Assembly (NCBI RefSeq): GCF_964204645.1
Contig: NC_134029.1
Location: forward strand, 3,410,001 to 3,474,000
Direction of reading: 5' to 3'
Length of the DNA stretch: 64,000 nt
DNA from: Tubulanus polymorphus
Taxonomy: Eukaryota > Animalia > Nemertea
Shown: piece after piece, positions 1 to 22,900 of the stretch
Layout: each line of letters begins with the position of its first letter
How positions within the stretch are numbered: the stretch's first letter is position 1
Position numbers and translations under genes: made by a program
Notes under the pieces: generated by a model
Databases searched by the model: none
What the model saw: only the letters and a program-made list of their open reading frames with translations
Told to the model about the DNA's origin: nothing

Positions 1-578
1 CGCTTCTCTGCAAGGTCTTTGACAACCGGCAGGATTGTATCGTCCACAACTCAAGTCGAGCGGTATGAAACCTACGCTATTTACACATACCAGCAAGACA
101 GAGTGTTACTGTCCAAATACTCCGACGACCTTTTTTTTTACCGAGTGCGCCGCTTGCGGATTCGGAATGCACCAGAAATGATGCGTGTCCGCCGCGTGGA
201 AGACAAATGTGGCGCGGTATATGTGAAAACTAGGCTTGTAAACCAGACATATACGCCGCTATTAAGACTAAGAGACACTAAGCTTATACAGCACATGTTT
301 GGCCGCGCATTGCGTAGGCTAACGTTAGGGCCTGTCAAAGCCACGGCTCATGTTTCGTAGGCTTATGTTCACGGCTCACGGATAAATACCATGGGGAAAC
401 AGCACTTATTGACACGAAAAGTCCTCATGCGGGGTGCTTTAATACAATGGATGGAGCAACGCTTCAAAAGGCCGTGGTCATGTTACTTGTGGAGGTTAAT
501 CCAGGGGTTAGTCTCTGGGGGAACAAAGTTTCAAACAAACAGTAGTAACTTGGTAGTCGGAATCGAAAACGAAGAAAC

Positions 579-11175
<10,597 letters not shown>

Positions 11176-12191
11176 TTGATACTAACAACAACCAGAGATA
11201 AACATGAACTCTTTATTTATTTTTTGACTATGTTCTTTCATTCACACTTAAGAAATTCAGCGCTTCTTGAGTATGTATATGTTGAAAATCGGTTGATTTG
11301 CTGTTAAACGACCTGTGCTGTGTACGGCCCTATCGTTTCGACAAAATTTAAAAAAAAGTATTCTGCGTCACATCGCTCTCTGTACAAGTAGGTTTTACGA
11401 ATATCGAAAATAAAACTTGTACTGAATTCATCATGCGAGTAATGTTTAATAGCTTGAACCTAGTATCTTCTCAGTGATGCTCAGAGGGAGGTTGTTTGGA
11501 CATTTTTGTTTGTTTTGATAAATATCCAGATTTAGAATTGGCACTTGTACATAAATTGTACTGGTGATGATATGGTTAAAATAAATTCATGTAACTAAGA
11601 TTTATTTCTTCTTTATTTGATCCTGGCTTTTACTACTGCATTCTCGACTCCACTTCATTTGTTCTGTTAAGTGTATGTTGTCCAAATTAGTTCATTTTCA
11701 AAGAACTTTGAACAGGACTCCAATCCATATATTACCATAGCACCACCAAATACGCAATACTTTCATACTTCTACTCGGATATCAGTATTGTTTTCATAAA
11801 TGATTGATTCATTTAAGAGTTCATTCAGATTTAATGAAATGTAGAAGGAAATCGTGGACAACCAACTATCTACGTATCTGGAATTTTTGCCACACTGGGG
11901 ATCTTAAAATTCAATCGGCCATTTTGTGATTCTATCTTGTAAGGAATATGGTTCTGAGCGAAATCATGAGTTCCGGATTTCCTGCTGTGCGAAATTCTGA
12001 CTCTTAAACCAGGGAATTTGAATTTGATTTAAGTCTGGAAACAACAGCAGATACCACCTAGACGATGCCAAGAAATCATGATCATAAAATAAAACACTTC
12101 ATGTTATAAAATATTTATTATTCTTGGCAGTGAATAATCTGTACATAGATTTCTCAAATTATATACATAAGTTACATTATAGCCTACAATG

Positions 12192-15100
12192 TCACAAACG
12201 AAGGCTATCAGCATTTTCTGATGGTGCGATAGGGTCGATATTCATTGTTGACATTCCTTCAGATAATTGGCTTGTCGATGCAGCAAATAAAATATCCATT
12301 GTTCCCAATGTTTGCATCATCTGTTTCATGAACAATGTTTCCTGCGAGATGGTTCTTTGGAGACTTAGAAATAGGTCATCGATGATGGTAGAATGGCCAA
12401 TTTGAGACGAATACATATCTGTAAAACGGAAATTTCATTATTCAACTGTATTCCTACTGCAGTGGTTGGTTCTCTAACATCTAAACACTTGATTTGGCAA
12501 CTATAGGTCAAGTCGTACTGCCACCATCGACATGAAGACGTATCTTGTGATCCTTCTTATTCACTGTTCAATATTTGCACTCTGGCAATTGGAATAGCCC
12601 AGTTTCTGATTGGCTGGCAATGTGAACAACTTGCTTCATTCGCAATGGTCATTGGTCAATTTTGAGCACTTGCTGACATTAACCCATAAAATTAATTGAT
12701 TTAAAGGATATTGATAAATCATTTTCCAAAACCCCTACGAGTGACAAGAAAAGCCGATATTGGTCTGAAATAAACCAGAACCTAAAACATGACCATTACC
12801 TGTAAGAAGAAGACTTATATCGATAAGTGTTGACATATACTTCGGATTACTGATATTCCTGAAAAATAGAATATAAATCTTAAAATGTCAATAAACTTCC
12901 TCTTGACTGTATTGACTATATTCAACAATTACCAGGGAATCTTACTTTTGTGCAAATCGCAAAATTGGTTCAAGAGATTTCTCATCTCGTCCGGCTAATG
13001 CTGCTTTAATACCTCTGCGTCGAATCAATTCCTGTAGAACGCTAATTGTTACCTCTGGATATCTCCTTCGCACATAAATCTATAAAGAGTACAATGAATG
13101 GGTAATGAATGCAGCCTCTCTAAAATCCTGGGCTGGGTTTCATAGATGTGGAAGAAAAGTAGTCCCTGGGAATATTTTGAAATTCGTCAGTTATAACCAT
13201 GGTTTCTCATTGTTACTATGGGGGTTGTTACCCAGATTGAGGATTTACCCCTGGGGAAGACTTTGATACTCAGTCTATGAAACCGGGCCCTGTATATGAA
13301 CAACTATACAAGTGTCTTATTTCCATATTTCAACATGTACTAACATGAAATGCTGCATCCAGGGCTTTAGTGTATTCAAACTTGCGGAAATATTCATCAT
13401 ATTTTGCTAACTGATTTTTCTGTTGCTTCGGTACAAATTCTTCATTCTGGAAACAATTTTTAGACCACAACGTTCAACGGAATACCGGAAAAACATCAAT
13501 TCAAAACTTTGTTTCTTTCCTCAAAAGAATTTTCCGTACCGTTTGAACATAGTTTTTTCCACTAAGATCGTATCTATATGGACGCGCTTTTTTCTTTTCT
13601 TTCAGGTTTTTCTTGATCAGTTTTGCATCTCTATCTTCTGGTTCTTTCCTATGTTGTATCGATAGAAGGCCGTCTGCCAATCCTACTGCCAATAAACTGT
13701 CATCAGGCTGTTTTAAAAAAGCAAAAATAACTTAACAGAAATGTATCACACTTATGAGCACAAAATTTAGGGCTAGGTTACGTACCGAAATGCCGACACT
13801 CAGAATTGATCCCGGATAATCCAAAGTATGCACAACTTGATAGGTAGATATATCATAAATTTTAACATGTCTGAAAGTGACAAATATTCGATCTTCACAT
13901 ATACACGGTACATTGAAATAAACAACATCCGAATAAAGAAAGGAAGGTTTCTATAGATCTCTTCTGATTCTGGAATTCTCTTCTAGCTTTAGATATTCCG
14001 GAAAAGCATATCTTCAAGCCTGAGAAAAAGCCGGTTGAGCATTTAATTCAGAATTGCCTCAGTTTAAAGTGATATTACCTATCTAGAGAACCAGACAGAA
14101 GTCGTTTACAATCACTACTGAAACAGAGACTAGTTACAGTTTTGTGGTGATTACTGACACTAGCGAGTAGTTTACCACCGGACAACGCACTCCAAACTTT
14201 AATGAAATTACCACCTGAAAATAGATAACAATAATAATCTTCAGTTATCGTTTACAATCGCTTCATTAACAGCTGAAAATGTATTCTAATATTATTCTGG
14301 GGCCAGTTTAAGTCGGGTTCCAGTTCCACAAGTTAATAAGTTACAGGTATTTCAACTAACTATTAGAGTCAAGAGATAAAGTTTATCTTACTAACAATTG
14401 TTGAACAGGGTCATGTAATTTAACCAGGAGGGGGGGGGGGTTACCTAACTCAATCGACAATGAACTGAGTTGAAGCTAAGCTGATAAATACAAAATTGGC
14501 TCCTGTTTAACTTGTATGCATGTATCTAATGAGCATGATGTACTGACCAGCAGAGATGAAAGTTCCACCACTGGGAAACATAAGAACACTTTCTACAGGG
14601 TATCCATGATCTACTGTTAATACACTAGAATCCATCCTTGTGTCAAATAATTTCACCAGGTGATCATATCCACCTAGAAATAGTATAAGAAAAGCAGACA
14701 AAATTAAACATTGCAGAAATGCTGGAAATGACGACCATTTCAATATTCTACCTGTTATTGCTATATCTCTACTCGCCTGACTTGCGCAACCACATCTTAT
14801 GTGATCCTGAAATACAAACAAATATAGTTAAGTCAATGGGGATCAGTGATTTGTGTTAGAGATAATTCGAATTTAATTCATAATTTGTTGCAATAGTAGT
14901 AACAGTATGATTTATGGTTAGGGATCATTCATTTATTACGCACGCATGAAATTTGACTTTTTCAATCCCCCCCTGTACGCAAAATCGGCCATTCTTTCAT
15001 ATACATAAAGTATTACAGTACGCAATTGCACTTACCCCTCCCCCCTCCCCTAATGAGTATGTAATAAATTAATGATCCCTTAAGCGATAAATCAACATGA

Positions 15101-18100
15101 GAGCATTGAAATTAAAAGAGAAGTCAAAGACTTTTATCGTTAATTTTCAGATTTTTTGATAATAAAACAGATTTAGAATACCTTGTGTTCGGAGTATGAT
15201 ATGACCTCCTGTTCTGTCGGTAAATCCCAAATCCTCACAGTTTTATCATCGGATCCAGAAATAATGTGTAAATTGTCAGACATAAACTTCGTCAAGTGAA
15301 CTGGGCTAAAATGATAAGAGAAAGTTTTTAAAGGCTTGTGGATAAAATGCATGTAACAGGAAAATACACTCGCTCTACACCCCTAAATATATTACACCCC
15401 ATCGGAATTACTGCCAATGAGATGCTCATAACACAACAAAAACAAACCAACAGCCAGCTACAGTTACATTTTGTCCAAGAAGTGTGAATATTTCATTGGT
15501 TAAATGAAACAACCATATCTTTGTTTTTATAAAAGACGTATTCCAGGTATTAGCGAAATCTTTGGGACTTATATTAAAATATCTAAAACATAATGGTAAT
15601 CCTGTGCAAGGACAATTGATCCTTATCGTACACAGAAAGTCATAAAATGAACCATCCTAACAGAAATGTGCACACACAAATTTCAACCAAGTTTTTAGAT
15701 TTATTCTAATCATATGTAATAAATTATCAAATCAAAACTCTAAATCATTTAATGAATAAATCTTTTGATATTCAAGTGTCATCCTGGCTGACAAATCCAA
15801 CCAGGCTGTTGTATTATGGAGGTAGTAAATGTAGGATTTAACTATTGAAACGTATTTCCATCTCAACACATATACTGATAATAATCGGTTTGGGGCACGG
15901 AGTTAACCTAATGGCTGAGTGGTGAGCCTCCTATCAGCAACTGTTGCAGTTGGGATTGAATATGCAATGAACATGTAGTGGTGTAAAAGGCACATGTAAT
16001 TCATCGACTCTATTCACTAAATACATTCTGTATGAAAAATTGCAGACATTAGTTAGAAGTCATTTAGGCCTTCATTAATTACTCGGAGTACGAATTTTTC
16101 AAGAAAATAATGGGAGGGTGAAGGGACATTTTTTATTTGTGTTAGGCGTTATGAAATGGATGGAAACAGGAAAAAAGATAAAAATGAAATTATTTTCTAT
16201 TATTTTAGTATTTTCCGCATTAAACTTTGGAGGAAGTACTGCAGAAAAAAATTAACAAATTGTGATGAATTCTGTTCAAGTGAGGGGAGAAATGAAAAAA
16301 AAAAGTAACTGTTTTTGTAAATCACAAGATCGAAAATTAAGATGTAAAACAAATTTTTGCAGAATTCCGGGAGGCGGATCCATACTCAAGTAATTAAGAA
16401 TAAAAGCCTGATGTACAAAATACCTACCATATCGACCACCTACAGAAATTCACCTCACAAAATAATTGAACAATTACAAATTTTGATTTTGATAATTAAT
16501 GATTTAATTAATGATTTATTTCTAATGTATTCGTTATTGTGATAATAAATCCTCATGTACAGTGATACTGGGTGTACGGTTAAACGTACTATAACCCAAC
16601 TCTCCATTTCCAGTTCCACCGTGAATAAGCTTTCGATCGTCTTTAGTTCGCTCGTGCGCTAGTTTAGATTGTTCATCCCAATCTAGAACAAATATGGCGT
16701 ACGGAATGAATATCAATGAATTCAAAATGCAAGAACACTGGTATCCTAATACCACACTCATAGCACCTAACGGTGTAAAATACATTAAAATTAAACCTAA
16801 CGATGTTCCTATTACTAAAGACACGAAACACGTTATTGAAATGAAAGCTATTTTAGCGCATCCTCGAATGGCAGCATTGAATATAATATCTACAGCAAAT
16901 AGCGGCAAAGTACCTCCGATGTACAGTAAAGTAAATTTCAGTTCGGCTTCGACCGATTTATCATTAGAAAATCCACGAGCTAAAACGGTATGGATCGCAC
17001 AAATCAATGCACCGAAAACTACGGCGATCGTCATCGAAACGCCTTGATAAAAGAACAGAGCTCGTTTGGCTGACTGACCGTCCCTGGATGATAACAGGAA
17101 ACCAACTCTCATACAACACGCTTCCGCTATACCCCAAAATACGTTGCAGGTGAACAAAATGACTTGCAATGAGACGCTTAATACTACAAGTTCAACAGCT
17201 CCAAATGTTCCAATCAAGAACGTACCGACTGTCAGGGCTACTGTGATGGACATAACTGTTAATGTTGACCCGAGAGCCATACTAGCGACCTGCCATAGAT
17301 TCGTAAACATGTCCATATTAATTCTGTATATAGCCATAGTGTCTTTATTAACCAGAGAAGATCCGACAGCCATGGTAACAGTACCGAGGAAAAAAAACAA
17401 GAGCAAAGCGACGGTCACCCCGAGACTGGGCATATGCAGAACGATAACGATGACGTAACAGACAATGGCTGTGACAATGTTGTTGAATATCGCTACGATA
17501 ACAACCGGTAAAACAATATCCTGAGACATTAAAAAACGTGTCAAAATATCATTACCAAACACGAAAATATTATCGGGTGATAGCAACATCAGCATCCTTC
17601 CAGCATCCTCGGCTACGGTCGCATTCTGTCCGAAAAGTATGAATATTTTGTCAGCGGTGAAATTAAGCGGCATCATCGCTAAACCGGTACAAAACAGTAT
17701 CAACGATCCTCTCTGTAACAACAAGCGTAAATAACGATAGTTTTTGGCGCCGAAAGCTTGCGAGAATAATCCTTCTATACCCATCGCCATACCCATACCA
17801 AACGAGTACACGACTCCGAAGAACGTAGTTATCAGCGAATAGGCGGCTTGCGAAATTAAATTGGATTGTCCGACCATTATAGTACACGTTAAAAGAGGCA
17901 AATCTGTTAAAACAGGAACGATCACAATCGGCCACGACGTAACAAGGAAATAACGTAATTCCTCACTTAACCAATCCGGGATCGCCTTCATTATATCGTT
18001 ATTTGTCTTCCGTCTTGCTGCAAATCAGTTCTTTTTCGTTAAGACCTTACAGTTCGTACGTCAGTTCTATTCCATTCGGTCGTCCTGTTTGCTGAAATCA

Positions 18101-19578
18101 AACCTGTATGACGTATGGTGTTCGAGGATCAAACGGAATTTACATATTTTATGCAGATATAAGATATATATGCGCACATGTAGTAGATAATACGCATAGT
18201 AAATAATGATAACATATGGAGATAGAATGTTGTTGGTGCAAAATGCTGTTTTAATATTGTACCCATGTTTATCAAACTACGTTTATAAATCTAATTGAGT
18301 GAAATATAATCTAGTATTTAAGCTGGTGTCAGAAACCACACGTGGTAAGGGCAAGGCGCGATATGACATATGGTTGAAAACAACTGGCAATCGCTCTCCC
18401 AATTTTTGATTAAATCATCATAGCAAGAAGTGTTTCGTATTAACTCCACAGGTAAAGGAGACGACTGGACAGAAGAAGAAAGAATTTAGGTTCAGTTTCA
18501 CGAAACAGTTCAACCCAAATTTGTGTTTCTATCATTTAACTAGTCTTTATGAATTTTTGGGTGGATTCATCATGAACGTGATCTCGTAAAATTCCCGTCT
18601 TGGACGTTTAATCTATAAACCCGGTAGTATATAATTATACCTACGCTGTGTGACCTCTAAAAGCCCTGAGCAAAGACTTCGTCGACACATCGAATAACTT
18701 AATATTCGGGTCATCACCGCCGGCAACCAACAATCGACCGTCATTTCGAAACGTTCCGCAATAAGCGACCTCACGGAATTTCGAGATCGTCTTATCGATG
18801 GTACTCGATCCTCCGTTGTAAATTTGAACTCTTCCCGAACTGGTTATTGCGTAATCGTACGGTTTTACCGGACAGAAATCGATATACGACACGGCTCCGT
18901 ATTCTTTCTTCGTTACTGGAAACTGGAAGAAAGAAAAGCGGTTATAAAAATGTTAGTTTCTTTTCGTTGTTCGGATCACGTTTTTTCCACGACTAACCAA
19001 CTGTTGGATAGTTCAATTGATCTCACAAGGAGACAATCTTTGAACGGTGGGGGGGGGGGGGTCCAGTCCCTTGCTTTTCCACTAAGGTAGCCATTTTCGT
19101 CAAGATAAAGATAGTTAAAACCTGCAAATTTGACACTTATCCAAATGGAATTTACATCATTAATGTGGGATATATTTCTTCAAAAATATATCATTATTAA
19201 CGCTAAGAAGGGTGGGAACCCTGAAACCCTATTCAGAAACTTCTTCGAAACCTAACTGTTATAAAAAAATTTTTCTAGGTTAATTTTGATGAAACAGAGC
19301 TTACTAGAATAAATGCCAAAATTATTGACAAAATATTGACTTCCTGGGAATCCTGATATTAAATAAATTTAATTGAGTTTGAATTGAAATTTCTACAGTT
19401 TGCGGCCGTTTTCTCTGATTCAAATCGATCGAATGTCGGCATCAATCTTAACACTCTATAAACAATGCTCACAATGTCTACCTACCTCGAAATTTTTCCA
19501 ATATAACGTATCTCTGGTGATCTTTTCGCCAACACGTGGAAAACCTTTCACCACGGTTTTCTTGTATGTGACCGCCAT
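12192..19578 (-). CDS. UTP15: U3 snoRNA-associated protein 15 (WD40, t-UTP complex), 12 exons, 528 aa
   Basis: Exons (-): 19578-19486, 18922-18645, 15305-15182, 14806-14752, 14673-14548, 14214-14079, 13870-13786, 13707-13540, 13446-13345, 13079-12946, 12858-12800, 12418-12192; total 1587 nt, open frame. N-terminus [33 protein letters not shown] repeats ([35 protein letters not shown]), C-terminal [17 protein letters not shown]. Confidence 0.93.
13130..13290. mobile_element. MITE-like element
   Basis: gggctgggtttcataga ... tctatgaaaccgggccc inverted termini in a UTP15 intron. Confidence 0.6.
14918..15083. mobile_element. MITE with TTA/TAA flanks (PIF/Harbinger-like)
   Basis: agggatcattcatttattac / gtaataaattaatgatccct inverted repeats. 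Confidence 0.7.
16065..16411. mobile_element. MITE; related copy in opposite orientation at 32769-33101
   Basis: aggccttcattaattactcggagtacg ... ggatccatactcaagtaattaagaataaaagcct; shared internal ttttcaagaaaa/gagggtgaagg and gaggcggatcc blocks. Confidence 0.65.
16534..17991 (-). CDS. MATE (SLC47/MatE family) transporter, intronless, 485 aa
   Basis: Single ORF with ~12 hydrophobic segments and eukaryotic MATE motifs ([82 protein letters not shown]). Confidence 0.9.
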   Translation of the reverse strand: MKAIPDWLSEELRYFLVTSWPIVIVPVLTDLPLLTCTIMVGQSNLISQAAYSLITTFFGVVYSFGMGMAMGIEGLFSQAFGAKNYRYLRLLLQRGSLILFCTGLAMMPLNFTADKIFILFGQNATVAEDAGRMLMLLSPDNIFVFGNDILTRFLMSQDIVLPVVIVAIFNNIVTAIVCYVIVIVLHMPSLGVTVALLLFFFLGTVTMAVGSSLVNKDTMAIYRINMDMFTNLWQVASMALGSTLTVMSITVALTVGTFLIGTFGAVELVVLSVSLQVILFTCNVFWGIAEACCMRVGFLLSSRDGQSAKRALFFYQGVSMTIAVVFGALICAIHTVLARGFSNDKSVEAELKFTLLYIGGTLPLFAVDIIFNAAIRGCAKIAFISITCFVSLVIGTSLGLILMYFTPLGAMSVVLGYQCSCILNSLIFIPYAIFVLDWDEQSKLAHERTKDDRKLIHGGTGNGELGYSTFNRTPSITVHEDLLSQ

Positions 19579-19948
19579 TTTGTTTGGTCACATGATCGGC
19601 ATTCAGCACTGATGACGTAGCATGACGTCAGAAGTAAACAATAATACAACCACGTGTTCCCAACGTGGCTGCCATTTTATTCGGTCACATGACTTGCACC
19701 GGCGAAAACGACCGATTATTAATTGGCTCGTTCACGGAAAGTGCCGAGCAGAGTTCCGAGTTTTATGAAAAGTTAATTGGACTCGGACACGCGCGATGCT
19801 ACCTGGGAAAAGATACGGATGAGGAGGAGGAGTTCAAGGTGCGATGACATTTGATTGTTTTACAAGCTGCCGACTGGATCGCTCTGTGTACGGGGAAAAA
19901 CTTTAGAAACTTTCTGCCAACTGATTCGCGAAGTGTGGAATAATAATA
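19574..19948. promoter_or_regulatory. Bidirectional promoter region UTP15 / ARID3-like
   Basis: Start codons 370 bp apart head-to-head; two gccatttt..ggtcacatga units (19574-19595, 19671-19692), TGACGTCA (19623-19630), CACGTG (19651-19656), two ATTGG boxes. Confidence 0.7.
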
Positions 19949-22900
19949 ATGGCTCACAGTGAAAACAGTTTAGATGATAGTGTGGTAAGTATTCCGCCAA
20001 GTGCGAATACGAATCTTTTTAATCTTTTTTAAATTGTGGCAAAATTGTTTTATTCTTCAGATTGAAAAAAAATTTTCACATTTTGATAATTTCACGAACC
20101 AGTCTCTTTTACGGTTTATAACCATTTTAATCATATTTTCAATATCATCAAAACCGAAAAGCATGAATAATACCTAGGGAATATTGTGATCATATTGAAG
20201 TTTTGTTTAAAGAACTTAATTTTAGAGCTTCCTGTATTAATGAAAAAAAAAATTCATTATGTCACATTTCTTTCTAGAAGTTAAGCGTAAACAACTTCTC
20301 TCAAGTTTAATTGACTTGGTTTCGGATTTTTCTGTATTCATCTCGCTGCAACCTTTTGTAATTTTTTTTCAAAGTTTCAGATCTAGTCAATACTATATGG
20401 AACTAACTTACGTGTGCATAGTTCCACGGTGTTTTATAATTGTAACTAGAGAATCGAATGTCTGCTTATCCTAAAATATTTATTTGTTCTTCTCGGATCA
20501 ATTTAATCTAGCGGCCCAGGTGCGTCTAGTATCACTGTAATTAATATACCCATCACCGGGCAACATACATATGTAATTAATTGATGCTGCTATCCCCGGT
20601 CGGGTTTAATGATAAGTACAAAGCGTACGCTTTTTGCCCTCAGGATCTGCCAGATTCGCTCGTCTATTTTGAGATTTGTAAAACGGATTATGATACGCAG
20701 CTTTGTAGATTCTAAATTCAATTTTCAAATCGCCACTGACTCACTAACTGGTACCGTACTTTGAAATCTCATCTATTTCTATTAATTGCAAAATCTAAAC
20801 TTTTGCAACTTGTAACATTCGTGATCGATTCAGCCTGTGAATTCGAATCCGACATTTTTGTATCTTAGAATAAATTAGGCAAATCTTTTAATAGTTTTTG
20901 TGACATATGGAGGTTTTTTCCAGACATTTGGACCGTTCACACAGTGACAAGTTTAGAGCTAGTTCTGACTCAAAATTACAAGATTTCAAATATTCAACGC
21001 GATCTCATCGATTAAAACCAAATTAGTTTATCATAATTTTTTTAAACAAAATTCTAATTCGCCTTTTTGTTTCCAGTCGAACGGAGATTTAAACGAATCG
21101 GATTTGGACTCGGAAGGGGTGAGCGTCGATGATATGAGCAGATTGGAAAGTTCTGCGAAAATAGACCCGGTTCATCGACAACTGTACGAATCGTTGAGAC
21201 AACAGGAACGCGAGGAGCGAGAGGAGATCGAACGAGAATTGAAGGCGCATAAACAAGCGATGCAACGACAACACGAAATACAACTAGAACTCGCTCAGGT
21301 GACCAGAGAAAACGGCAAAGATCGCTCCCAAAGTCAATCCCCCGAAGCGGCAGATATGTTAGATTTACGGACACCAAATAATAATAGGCTTCAGTTGCGA
21401 CAAGAATCGCCGCCATTGCAGCCATCTTTAATAACAAACTCTGAACGTTTGTCACCCCTTGCAACAGGCGCGCTGACATCACCAGCTCGGGACAGACCTT
21501 CGATTATGTCTCATCACGATATCAAAACTGATCGTTTACCGTACGAATCTCTGCAGGCGGCGACGAGTATTTACGATCGGTACGCACCTCCCCCACCCTC
21601 ACGGTCCCCGGCGACAAGCGACCCTCCTTCAGAAAGCGGACACCACTGGACATTCGAAGAACAGTTCAAGCAGGTAAATAGAAATGTAATATCACTTTTT
21701 CATTCATAATAACACCACGTTTAAAGCCTCTTAAAAAGTGCGATAAGAAATTATAATTTGTTTTCGGGGAAACGGGATTTTTCTTTTAATTGGCGTGAAA
21801 TTGACATTTGTCTGCAATTAGTTGATTCTTTTTGAATTGCAGTTTACGGTTATTATACACCGCTTGTAACAATAAATAGCGTGATTCATTTGCGAAATTA
21901 TCGGCTATGCCAGAAACCCGATGCTCGAGTTCAGAGCGTTTTGTAACTACTGCTACGATATGCAGATGGCAGCACGATCCTAGATAACAGGGAAAGTGAG
22001 GAAAAGATCTTTTTTTGTTCCTTGTAAAATTTAAGGCTACGTTTATTAGGGAAATGTAAGAAAGATGCAATGCGAAGTATAAAAGAAAGATCAAGATTCT
22101 GCTGTTAAGAATACCAATTTTCAATCTCCTCCTAATAGACAAGCGCACGTAGCTGGCGGGTCCCTTGATGATTTCGCGTTATCAAAAATATTCACCCGTA
22201 CAGCATAACAAATTCAGTTATTGTCTTATTAGGAATCTGTGATAATTATGTGTAGTGAATTACAAATCGTGGAACTGACCAGTGCTGTCAACATTGACCG
22301 CTACTGACCAGTCAAAATGACCACTAGTTTACGCATTGATGAAACTTTAACCTGACAGTTCGATTCTCCCGAGTCTTTGTTCAACTACGTGAACAGTGTT
22401 TCTCTAAAAGCAATTTCCATATCATTTTTATATTCATAATCGGATGAATGCCTTTGTCCTCTTATGACGGGGCAAAAAGTGAAGTCCTTGATCCTCAATT
22501 CGTCTACTAGGAGGCCATAGCTTTCAACCCCGAAGAAATGTTGTCTTACATAGTCCTTTCGTAATTTAGACATCTTACACATGAGTCGATTATTTTCATA
22601 TATTACTCTGGGACCTGAGCATTCTGGCATATTTCGTGGGCCCAATGTAAAGACTGGGCATTGCGATATTTTTTCGATTGCCGTATTGTCTGATAATCTT
22701 TCATTTATCATTTTGCGTCTGCCGTCATTTTTCTTCTGCTCATAGCCGCAGAAAGCAGCAGCGGCAGCAGCAGCGGTAGCAGCCAACATCGATTATGTGG
22801 AATAATCTAGAGCTATTTCGAATCATTATTCAGATGTCATCACATAATACCTCATTAACAATCGGCATAATATACTATTCGAAATGGCGGTATCGTCTGC

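Noticed and set aside
15890-15965. Possible tRNA or tRNA-derived SINE head
   Set aside because: No cloverleaf or convincing B box could be built.
16694-17935. ORFs overlapping the MATE gene in other frames or strand
   Set aside because: Shadow ORFs of the 485-aa MATE frame with no independent features.
22385-22789. 134-aa minus-strand ORF with poly-Ala start
   Set aside because: Driven by a (GCA)n-like tract in the ARID3 intron; the rest has no protein-like signature.
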